A stretch of 64,000 bases of DNA, from contig OZ251245.1 of NCBI GenBank assembly GCA_965240325.2, forward strand, positions 310,001 through 374,000. Reading direction: 5' to 3'. The notes under the pieces are model-generated. The model ran no database searches, was not told where the DNA came from, and was given only the letters and a program-made list of their open reading frames with translations. Below are positions 54,201 to 64,000 of this stretch, piece by piece (position 1 is the first letter of the stretch; each line of letters opens with the position of its first letter). The position numbers and the translations under genes are program-made. Origin of the DNA: Rebecca billardiae RCC1528. Its lineage: Eukaryota; Protista; Haptophyta.

Positions 54201-54664
54201 AGCACGCGCACGCGGTGCTGCCCAAGCGCGGCTTCGCCAAGCAGGCGACCATCGACGCCATCGCGCCGATGTGGCGCACGCGCTTCGCGCCGAGCACGCC
54301 GAGCGGGCAGTCGCGCCTGCAGTCGCCGAAGGGCGCTTCGACGCGGCCCGCGACGATGCGCGCCAGCATGGCCAGCGGCGGCGGCATCACGAACGAGATC
54401 CGCTGCGAGGTGAGCAGCACTGTCAGCAAGCTGATCCGCGAGCTGAGCTCGCGCTCGGCGCCGTGGTCGCAGGTGCGGCGCAGCCTCATCACCATCAAGG
54501 GCGAGCTGGCGAGCCTCAACGCCGTGTGCTGCACGGACGAGGAGCGGGCCACGGACGTGATGCGCTGCATCCAGGCGCTGCTCGAGCACGAGGACGAGCC
54601 GCCCGCGTTCCGCGCGGAGTGGCCCACGCTGCCCGGCGCCATCAACCGCGCGCTCGTCGTGTGA
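51213..54664 (+). CDS. Microbial rhodopsin-histidine kinase hybrid (rhodopsin + PAS-like + HisKA + HATPase + receiver + degenerate Hpt); 2 exons (51213-52081, 52228-54664), 1101 aa
   Basis: About 8 TM with helix C RWCEW and helix G DVTAK; intron 52082-52227 (GT-AG) joins AKLL-YAHII. Then IRDVTER, NRFSRHEVKN, NAISNAVKYG, SAGDGG, IGIDDS, VIGDENLD, IRSAND, LITIKG. Confidence 0.85.
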
Positions 54665-55120
54665 GTCGTGCGGCAGCGCTCGCGGCCGCTCCTCGCGAGC
54701 ACGCGACAAGCACGCGGTGCATCACGCGCCATCCACATCCCCGCCGTGGCTCGTCTCCCCGCGGGGCGACTTGGCCACGGCCTGGATGGGGAGGGCGGTG
54801 CGCCCGCGAACTCAAGAACCCATCAAGATTCCGCCTGCCATTCTGATCACCTAATAAACTATGAATACTCTCGACCTCGACCGGTACTCCGTATACTGTC
54901 GTCATTTGCCACGTCCTGAAGAGTGAAGAGTGAAGACTGAAGTTGAAAGTTCAGACTGTTGATCGACGCAGGCTTGTCCAGTGTCCACGTGCGCGTCTCC
55001 GGACGCAGGCTGCCGCTCGACCAATCAGAGCGCGCCAACGTCAGGAGCTTGGACGCCTGAATCGGACGCCCGTGGCGGATCTTCTCGCCGGCCCCGCAGA
55101 TCCTTCTCACGCCGGTCACG

Positions 55121-55955
55121 ATGGGCGTGCACGCGCAGGTGCCCGGGATGCGCTCGATGGAGGCGGTTCGCACCGTGTGGCGGACGGCCGCCGCGGTCTG
55201 CTTCGACGTCGACTCGACCATCGTGAGCGAGGAGGGCATCGACGTGCTCGCGGCGCACTGCGGCGCGGGCGAGGCGGTGGCCGAGTGGACAGCGAGAGCA
55301 ATGGGCGGCGGCATCCCCTTCGAGGTGGCGCTCGAGGAGCGCCTGAAGCTGATCCAGCCCTCGCGCGCCGCTGTCGAGGCGTGCATCAACGCGCATCCGC
55401 TGCCGCTCACGCCCGGTGTCGCCGAGCTCGTGAACGCACTCCGGAAATCGGGCAAGCGCGTCTTCCTGGTCTCAGGCGGCTTCCGGCAGATGATTGTGCC
55501 TGTGGCGAAGGCGCTGGAGATACCGATGGAGGACGTGTTCGCGAACGACCTCCTCTTCGACGAGGGTGCGCGCGCGCGCGCGCGGCGCGCGCGCCACCCG
55601 AGCCTCATGGCACTTCTCTCACCGGGCGTTCGGGTCGCCGCGCACGCCCACGCCGCCGCGCCGCGCGACAGACGGTCAGTTCGCTGGCTTCAACCGCGAT
55701 GAGCCGACGTCGCGATCGGGCGGGAAGGCGGTCGTGATCGAGCGCCTCAAGACCGAGCGCAAGGTGCCCTCGGTCGTCATGGTCGGCGACGGCGCGACCG
55801 ACGCCGAGGCGTGCCCGCCCGCCGACGCGTTCATTGGGTTCGGAGGTGTCCAAGTTCGGGAATCGGTCAAGGCTCTCGCGCCGTGGTACGCCACGTCGAT
55901 GGCGGAGCTGCACGACGAGCTGAAGCGCGAGCCGCTGCAGCAGCCCGCGGCCTGA
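55121..55955 (+). CDS. PSPH: Phosphoserine phosphatase (HAD family); 2 exons (55121-55565, 55672-55955), 242 aa
   Basis: FDVDST, EEGID, T..AMGG, VSGGF, SRSGGK, GDGATD, FIGFGG. Confidence 0.93.
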
Positions 55956-56767
55956 GCCGCGCCGACTGCCCGCCGGGGGCGCGGCGCCCGCCTGGCGCCT
56001 GCTGGCGCTCGGCACTTCGGGCAGCTGGCACGTGCGCTGCCCCCGTCGTCGGAAGCGCACGGCGGAGTCTGAAGCTGAAACTCGGAAGTGCGCGACGGCG
56101 AGCGCGCCGGACTCCGCGGTCCTGCTCCTTGGGCCGCCGGTGCTGCGTGGTTTGCTCAGCGCGTGCAAACACCTCGACAGCGATGCCCTTACTCCGCAGC
56201 CGGACGGGTCAGCGGTTTGGGCCGGCCGTTTGCCATGGCCGCGCCGGTTGGTGGCCGGCCGGCCGCCCGACACTAAAGGCGCGGCCCGCCTCAGGCTTGG
56301 CCATGCCCATGGGCAGCAGACGACTAAACTGCTGCGCTGCTATATATATATATATATGATGATGACGATGACTCATGATGGCGGGCGGCGCGGAGTCTCG
56401 TCCGCGCCGCGACGCCGCCGACCCACGCCGCACGCGGGCACGCCTGTGACGCCCGCGGCCGCGGCCCAGCCGCCTCTGAGTAGAGCGCAGCGGGGCGGCA
56501 GCGGCGTCAGCCGCCTATAGAGATCGATGTAGATGAGCCTAGCAGCCCAGAGGCCGTTGGCGTCTGTTATTGCCATCATTGGCGTCGCCCCTTCGGCCTA
56601 GACACTTCGGGGCCACGCGGGCCGGGGCAGCACCGCCACCGCCGCGCCCCGCACTTGATCCCGGCCCCGCGCACTGTGACTGCGGCGACCGGACTCGTCA
56701 CGACGTCTGTCGTCTGTCGTCTGTCTGCACGTCGACCGTTGGCGTTGTCGCGCACGGCCCCGACTGA

Positions 56768-59700
56768 CTACTCGACGTGCGCCTCGTAGCACTGGCCCGA
56801 GACGAAGCGGCGCAGCGTGCGAGAGACCGCCGCGCGCCCCTCCGAGTCAAGGCCGACGTCCACGCCAGACAGCGTCGCGCCCGACGCCGCAAACTTCGCC
56901 GCGACCGGGCCGCCGCGCGGCGCGGGGCCGTCCGCGCCGGCACCGGCCGCGCCGTCGGCACGGCCGAAATCGACGGTGCAGCGCAGCGGCTCGGGCGTGG
57001 GCTGCAGCGGCGAGCGCGTGAGCGTGAGCGTGCGCGTGCTCGCGTCCCAGGCGAGCGGCGTCGCCGCGGCGTGGGCCGGCTGCGCATGCACGAGCTGCGA
57101 CAGGCCTGCGGGAATCGGGATGAATATGCATGCCGAGGAGATGCGCACATGCGCGGTTGGGCGCGGGCGGGCGGCATCGCGCGGCACGGGGCGGGGCAGG
57201 CCGGAGCCCTGTCAGTTGAGGCCCCAGGGGCCGCACCGGCGCGGAGCAGGGCCATCGCGCGCGGGCGCCGCCGCAGCCCGCATCGGCGGGCGCACGGCGT
57301 GCGCAGCGAGCGCGCTGCGAGTGTGGCCGCAGGCAGCCTCGAGCTTGCTCCTCCGCATGCTCAGCGCACGCGCGCGGCTCAGACGCGGCCGTGGGCCCAG
57401 CGAGCGCCGCCCCGCAGCCGTGCCCCGCCCTCCCCGACCGGCCGTGACCCCCCCGCACGCGCAGCGCGCCCCCGCCCGCCCAGCCGGCCGCGCCGCGCGC
57501 CAGGCTACGCACCCTCTGCGGGTTTCGTCGTGAGTACAACGTGAGTAAGCCCGCTCGCGCACTTGGGGTTCACGGCGAAGCGCAGGTCAAGACGGCTCTC
57601 CGCAGCGGCGGCGGGGTTCGGCGCTCCCGCCTGCGGGGGCGGAGGGCTAGTCCAGGCCGGCAGCAGCCGGAGAGGGATTTGCCTGCGCGGCCGCGCGCGC
57701 ACGTGCACGTGACCGCACCGCGCCACCACCGCCGATTGTTATTTCAGAGGGGCGGCAGGGGCGGCGAGAGGACAGGCGGGTGCGCGCGCGCCGGCGCGCG
57801 GCGCGGGCGCGCGCGCGTGCGCGAAGCGCTCGGGTGCGTGTCCGCGCGCACCGGCACGCGGGCGCCACCGTGTATCGCAGCAGCGGCAGAGGCTCCGCCG
57901 CCGCGGCCGTGCCGCCGCCGTCCGCGCCGGCGCGCGCCGGCAGGCTGACCAGATACTCGGGCGCGGCGCCGTCGCGTTTCGTCAGGGCGGTGGCGCCGTC
58001 GGCGCCGCCGGCGGCCGCGCCGTCGGCGGCCGCGCCGTCCGCCGCACCCTCCCACTCGGCCGCAAGGAACTTTGGGTTCGGCGTCGCCTTCGCGATCAGC
58101 TTCCGCGAAGCTTCCGAGAAGTTCAGCCTGAAGCGCAGCGCGGGCGCCTCGTTCGAAAGCGGGATCAGGCGGACTTCGCCCAGGATCTGGTGGCGCGCGA
58201 GCGTGGCGCCGCGGAAGTCGGCGGACACGGACTCGACCACCATGAAGTTGTAAAATTGCTTCGCAGCCTGCAGACTGGCCGACGCGCACGCGCCGCCGCC
58301 GCCGGCGGCGGCGGAGGCGGAGAAGGCGGCGCAGGCGGAGCCGAAGGATTGCACACTGCTTGAGGCCGGCACCGTCGAGCCCAGCGACGCGCCCGGACCG
58401 CCGCCACCGCCGCCGCCGCCGCCGCCGGCCTCCGCGCCGCCCAGGCTCGCCGTACCGTCGGACGCGCGAGCGCCGCGCGCGCCGCTCGGCGGCGGCATGG
58501 TGCGCGCGCCCACGCCGTCGGCACCCGACGCGGCCGCGTCAGCCGAGCCGCAGCCGCCGCCGGCTGCGGGCGCTGCCGACGAGTGCGCGCCGGCCGCGCT
58601 CGGCGGCCGGCGTCCAAAGGACGCAGTGCGGCGGCCGCCGATGGCTCGGCTGCCGCTCGCGCTAGCGGCAGAGCCGGCGGCCGCGTCGGCCGCGCCGCCA
58701 CCCGTGGTGCCGTTCGCCTCAGCGCCGCCGCCGCCGCCGCCGCCGCCCGCCTCCTCCGGCTTGGGCCGCGACAGCTGAAGGGGCGCCGCGCCGCGCCGCC
58801 CGCCGCCCGCCGCGCGCGCGGGCGGCGGCGCAGCGAGGCCGAGGGAGGCCTGGCGGAGCGTGTGGTCGTCCACGACCACCGCCTGCGACGCGTCCTTAAT
58901 CGAAATTGTAATCGCCGGCCTGAAGTCCTCCTCGCCCTCGCCCTCGCCATCCGCGGTGCCCCACCCAATCGGATCCATGTCGCCTGCAGCGGCGGTCCGC
59001 GCGGTGCACGGCCGACGCGCACGTGAGCCGGGGTCAGCGTTAGGGTGGGTTAGGGTTAGGGTTAGGGTAGGGTTAGGGTAGGGTGAGCGGCCGAAGCGCG
59101 CGCGGCGGCGGTGGCACCGCGCGCGGCGTGCGTGGCCGCGGCGCACGTGCGTGAGTGCGCGGAGGCGCGCGGCGCGCGGCTCCGGCACGACGGCGCGCGC
59201 CACGCGCCACGCGCCGCGCGCCGCGCGCCCGCGCACGCACCGCCGTCCTCCGTGGGCGCGATGGTCGACGCGTCGTCGTCGTCATCACCGCCGCTCCCCC
59301 GCGCGCCGCTGTCGCGGGTTGAGCGCACCGCGCCGCCCGGGCGGGCGAGCCGGTCGGCGTACCGGTCGTTCGCCTTGCGGTGGTCCATGTAGCCCTCCTC
59401 GTCCGCGTCCTCGTCCACCCCCGCGCCCACGATCGGCGCTTCGCCGCCCGCGCCGCCCGCGCCAGCCGCACCCGGCCGGCGCGCAGCCGAAGCCCCACCG
59501 GCAGAACCGGAATGCCCGGACTGTCCGGACATTCCGCCGGACTGTCCGGACATTCCGGCGAACGACCGGAGCGTGAGGGCGAGCACGTCGCGCGCGGAGG
59601 CGTGGTCGCTGACGAACTCGAGCGCGCCGCCGCCCGCCGGCAGCAGCACCGAGAACCTGCGCTCGTCGCCCCGGTCCAGCACCACCGCCGGCGCGGGCAG

Positions 59701-60701
59701 CTCGCGCACCGCCAGCTTGTGCGTCGTCTTGGCCGACCAGCCGCGGCCCTCCCGAATCTTGAGCTTGGACGAGCCCACGAGGATGGCGGCCTCGACGAGG
59801 TCGGAGGCGCGCGCGACCTTGAACGAGGCGTACCCTGCGCCGCGCGCCGCGCGCACGCGCGCGCGCGCGCACACACGCGACCCACGCGTCGGCGCACCGT
59901 CCGCGGCGGCGCGCTCGGCGCGCGGCCGTCGCGTGGAACGAACTACACGTGTGCAAGCGCGCGCGCGCCCTCGCGCGCACCGTTCTTCTGCGAGCCCTTC
60001 TTGACGTGCGCGGCGACCTCGGTCTGGACCTTGTCGTGCGGCGCGATCGGGCCGAACGGCGCCGCGCTGCTCCCGCCCGGCTGCGCGCTCGGGTCCGGTC
60101 CGGGCGCGACGAAGACCCGGACTTGTGTGTTCAGCTCGTCGGCGCTCAGCGTCAGCAGGTGGCCCGCCGCGCCCTCGATGGTGGACTCGGCGCCGTCGGG
60201 CGTGATGCGAGACCACGAGACGCGCCGGCCGCTGAGCGAGCCACCGGACACCAGCTTCGCCACCAGCGTCTCGCCCATGCGCGGCGTGCCTTTCACCTCC
60301 AGCGCCTCCGAGGCCGGCGGCGGCGTCGCGGCGCGCGGCTCCGGCGGCGTCGGCGCGCGCGGCACTGGCGGCTGCGGCGCGGAGCCGGCGGCTGGCATCG
60401 GCGCGGGCGGTTGGGCGGGCGGGGACGCGTCGCGGAGCGCCGTGTCGAGCAGCGACACCGCGCTGCTCGGCGGCATCGCGGGCGTGTGCGCGGCGGGCGT
60501 GCCAAGCACGGCCGCCGCCCGCTGCTGCTCCGCAATCACGCGCGAGAGCGCGGCCGCGACGCCGTCGAGCTCCTGCGCCTGCGCGCGGAGGGCGCGCTCG
60601 GCGGCCGCGAGCGCGCCCCGCTGCGACTCGACCTCGTCACGCGCGCGCCGCAGGGCGTCCGCGAGCTCGGCGAGCTCCGCAGGGGTCGGCGCCGCCGCCA
60701 T
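56768..60701 (-). CDS. Coiled-coil + Ig-like + PH-like + muniscin-type mu-homology domain protein; 5 exons (60701-59981, 59834-59241, 58983-57852, 57682-57513, 57105-56768), 984 aa
   Basis: Four GT-AG introns give one frame. G.P..GETL...W.R...IEGA...L.ADE (AIR9/SCAB-type Ig); RDVLALTLRSF (PH C-helix); ESVSA.F...I.GEV, LLRY.V, IPL.L...W, W......L, AKF...G.TLSGV, RRFVSG.Y (muHD). Confidence 0.7.
59040..59083 (-). repeat. Intronic telomere-like (TTAGGG)n, CCCTAA on the transcript strand
   Basis: ttagggtgggttagggttagggttagggtagggttagggtaggg inside intron 58984-59240. Confidence 0.9.
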
Positions 60702-60889
60702 CTTCGCGACGCCGATGGCGGCGGTTGGGTGCCCCGCCCTTGTCATCCGACTGCTGCGATATGATTCTTTTAAGCTTTTTGAAATAATCTTTTTCGTCGA
60801 CGGAGCGGTGAGAACAGGAGGCATCGTCAGACGGATGCTGTCCGTGCTGAGTGACCTGCTGACGAACGGCTTGTGCATGCTGCCAAAGC

Positions 60890-61410
60890 TTAGGGACCGT
60901 GCGTCTCGCCATCGACACCAAGCGCCGCCAGCCCCCTCCGCGCGACGCCGAGCACGCCGCGCGCGCGCTTCACCGCCCGCCGCAGCTCCTGCGCCGCCGC
61001 CGCGTCCTCCGCGGCAAGCTCGCTCAGCTCGGCCTCCAGCTGTGCGGCCGTGCGTCGGCTGCGGCCGAGCCCGTCGAGCGAGGCGTCGAAGGCGCGCGAG
61101 GCGTGCGCGAACGCGGCGGCCATCTCAGCGGCGCGCTCCGCGCCCCACCGCGCGCGAGCCGCCGCGTCCGCCGCCGCGTCCTCGCTCAGCGGCAGCCCGG
61201 GACCGCCATCCCGGCCGACCGCATCGGCCACGCCGGCGTGCGCCGCATGAGCCAGCTCGCTGAGCGCAGCGCGCGCGACAGACCAAGGGTCGTCGGCCGG
61301 GGGCACGCCGAGGGCGAGGGTGCAGTTGTGCCGCACGCGGTACGCGGCGAGCGAGCGCGCGTCGGCGAGCACGCGCGCGCCGGCCGTCGAGGAGGCCGCG
61401 CCCGCCGCGC

Positions 61411-61441
<31 letters not shown>

Positions 61442-61972
61442 CGCACCGCGAGCCGCCGCGCCGCCGCCGCCGTCGTCCGCAGGTTGCAGCAGGTGGAGCC
61501 CGCCGAAGGGGAGCGGCACGGGCGGGCGGGCCCGCGCGGCCTCGCGCGCGATCGCGTCCTTCAGCTCTCCCACCGACGCGAACGGGTCCGCCCACACGCT
61601 CAGCTCGCCGCCGCCGCCGATCAGGCGGACGCTCAACCGAATCGGCACGGTGAGGGCGATGACGGTGCCGGGGCGCACGCCGATCGCGCCGAGCTGGCGG
61701 CGGTCGTCGAGGGGCGCGGAGCGGGAGGGCGGCGCGTCGGGCTTGGGCGCGTCCTTCGCCTCGCCCGCGCCCGTGCCCGCGCCGCCCAGCCGCAGCCGCA
61801 GCTGCGCCGCGGGCGCCGCGAGCCGGTGCGACTTCTTAATCATCTCCTTCAAGTCTGAGACCCGATCGGCGCGGTCGACGGTGAGCGTGAGCGGCGCGAG
61901 GCGGGGCGACTCGATGCGGATGGCCATCATGGCGAACTTGCCCGCGCGGCGCGGGATCACGGGCGGAGCCAT
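60890..61972 (-). CDS. Protein with two ubiquitin-like domains and a C-terminal coiled coil
   Basis: TVD..DRVSDLK..I...LRL...LDD.R.L...GV..G.VI and SV.ELK..I...L.D.RSL..Y.V....TL.L; start may instead be ATG 61930. Confidence 0.7.
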
Positions 61973-62263
61973 GCCCGCGCGTGCGCAGCGAGCGCTCGTG
62001 CGACGGCGACGGGGCGGCGGCGTCGGTGGCGACGCAGGGCGCCATCAACGTCCGGGCGTTGCTTGTCCGGGTGCGTGTGCACAGCGCCTCAGCGCAGCCT
62101 GAACTCTCCTAGATGGATCAGTCCCGCAGTATTCGCCCGGACCGACGCCCGACCACCCGGACGTGCATCCACATCATTAGATGCTGGCGTAATATCGCGA
62201 GGCGGGGAAATCATCGGCCTCGGCGCCTCGCGGTGCGGACCCCGGTTGCGTCGTCAACTCACG

Positions 62264-63798
62264 ATGCGCGCTCTCCGTGTGGCCCTCGCGCTTGCGCTCG
62301 TCGCGGTGGCCGGCGCCTACGTTGGGCAGCCGGCGTGCCGCGCCTCGCGCTCGCGCCTGGTGAAGCCCTCGGCGGCAGTCATGCTCGCCAAGAAGTGTAC
62401 GCGCACTGCGCGGGGCGCGCGCGCGCGCATCGGAGACCGGGCCTCCCGATGGACCCTTCGAGCGCTTGCCGCCGCGGTGTGCCCTCGGCAACGGCGTCGC
62501 CTTCGCGGGCCGGCCGGCGCGTGCGAGTGTGGGGGCATGCTCCTCGGCGGCCAGCGGCCCCGCCCGCCGTGCCGCCGTGCCCGTGCCGACTGCCCTTGTC
62601 ACGCTCACGACTGTCTGTCCGCCCTCGCGCGCCGCCGATGCGCGTCTCTTGCGCCGCGGCGCCGGGCACGCAGCGCCGGGCGGTGGCGAGAAGCTCCCGT
62701 TCAACGCGCCGCCGAAGCGCGTGAAGGGCGACTTCAAGTCGTCGCCGCTCTACCTGCAGGGCCTCACGGAGTGGGACTCGCCGGAGGAGTTCAAGCGTCG
62801 GTTCGCGGTCACGGCTGCGTTTGGCGGTGAGCGGCGCGAGCGAGCTAACCCTAACCCAACCCTAAACCCTAACCCTGCGCGCGGGAAGGGGCAGCCGCCG
62901 CGCGAGACGCGCTGCGTGCGTGAGGGGCGTGGGTGGCGTGTGGGAGGGCGCGCGAGCCTCGGGCTCCGCGCCGCGCGGGCCGAATCGCTCGCACGCGTCG
63001 GCGGGCGCACGCGCGCCGCCCTGGCCTGGCGCTCACACGCGGGCCCGCGCGCGCCACGCGCACCGTGCGCGCCCGTCAGGCTGGGCCGCGGCGTTCGGCC
63101 TGTACGCGGTCGCGAGCAGCAAGGGCGGCGTCACCGCTCCGTCGGAGAAGGCGACTGCGCCGCGCCAGTCCAAGTATGCCAAGCCTCCCGAGAAGAAGCC
63201 TGTGGTGCGCGCACAGGCGCCCCGCCCTACGCAGCGCGGCGCACTTGTCCCTCAGCCCGCGCGAGCCGAGCACGGCGCGTGCACAGCCGCTGGCTCCGAG
63301 CGGCGCCGCGCTCAGCTGCCGTGCCGAGCGCGCTGCCGGGCTGTGTGCCGGGCGGTGCGGCACGGGAGCCACGCGGCGCGGCGGCGCTGGTCCTGCCCGT
63401 GGCCCCCGTGCCCGCACACCTGCCGACCCTGTCATGCCCGTCAAGCCATCAGTGCCCCTCGCGCCCCGCAGCGCGTTGCGCCCTGCCCTGCGGTCCCTCT
63501 CACAGCGCTCTCCCGCGCGGCGCCTCCCGCGCGCCCGCCGCGCCCCGTGCGCCTGGCGTCTGAGCAGAAGCTCGTCCGGCCTGGGGACAAGACGGAGCCG
63601 AAGAAGCTCAAGTACAAGGGCGAGAAGAAGGGCGCGGCGCCGCCGCCGCCGCCGGAGGCGAAGGCGCCGCCGCCGCCGCCGCCGCCGCCCGCTGTTGAGC
63701 CGCCGCCGCCGCCGCCGCCGCCGCCAAAGGCCGAGGCCCCGCCGCCGCCGCCGCCGCCCGCGCCCGCGCCCGCGCCCGCACCGGAGCCCAAGGCGGCC

Positions 63799-63852
<54 letters not shown>

Positions 63853-64000
63853 GCGCCCAAGGCGAAGGCGGTCAAGGCAGACACTGCGGAGGTGTGTGTG
63901 TCGCCCCGCCGCGCCGCGCAGACTGCGCAGAGAGCGCGGCCACGCGCACGCCCCGAGCCTCTCGCACCGCGCCCGGCCGTTGGCAGCAGCCCGCCGCTGA
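62264..64000 (+). CDS. Partial gene, probably plastid-targeted single-TM Lys/Pro-rich protein (exons 62264-62396, 62674-62826, 63080-63204, 63568-63891, continues beyond the window)
   Basis: Signal MRALRVALALALVAVAGA-Y followed by a basic Ser/Arg transit-like peptide; GT-AG joins keep one frame; TM FAVTAAFGGWAAAFGLYAVA; poly-Pro. Confidence 0.6.
62845..62876 (+). repeat. Intronic telomere-like (CCCTAA)n, degenerate
   Basis: ctaaccctaacccaaccctaaaccctaaccct inside intron 62827-63079. Confidence 0.85.

Noticed and set aside
59040-59083. Chromosome end or assembly join
   Set aside because: A short degenerate tract inside an intron, with in-frame exons on both sides
1-64000. Hundreds of long overlapping or antisense ORFs rich in Arg/Ala/Pro/Gly (e.g. 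17706..19976, 22044..23888, 52066..53943, 59380..61263)
   Set aside because: Expected shadow frames in very GC-rich coding DNA; no motifs, and each overlaps a better-supported gene

Overview
Very GC-rich eukaryotic genomic DNA, gene-dense, with short spliceosomal introns (donor usually GTGCGC), microsatellite-rich intergenic islands and TTAGGG-type repeats inside introns. The style suggests a microalga, probably a haptophyte such as a Pavlovales species; this is inferred from composition and intron style, not proven. About 22 protein-coding genes can be modelled by hand: GH32, sulfatase, sulfotransferase-like, Zn2Cys6-SASA esterase fusion, Cu-only-type SOD on a Pro stalk, UPF1-like helicase, sugar porter, LOG, RCC1-repeat, TupA-like ATP-grasp, SDR, DUF3431, Sel1-MYND, TRM11-like, methyltransferase, ARP3, HET-like, rhodopsin-histidine kinase, phosphoserine phosphatase, Ig-PH-muHD adaptor, UBL and others. 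The 2.1-8.9 kb region is a nest of non-autonomous mobile DNA. It holds two near-identical 1.28 kb hairpin-ended elements in inverted orientation around a CACAGTG-ended element inserted in (TA)n. A third, GGG-ended element type sits in (GA)n at 32.4-33.8 kb. Best candidates for novelty: (1) an atypical microbial rhodopsin fused to PAS-like, His kinase, receiver and degenerate Hpt modules, hidden in the ORF track because an intron splits it; (2) a Zn2Cys6 DNA-binding domain fused to a carbohydrate esterase with intact catalytic motifs, next to sulfatase and sulfotransferase-like genes; (3) the Helitron2-like inverted pair; (4) a SCAB-like Ig-PH plus muniscin muHD fusion. Most long ORFs in the track are GC-driven shadow frames. 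All domain calls come from motif recognition by eye; no searches were run.
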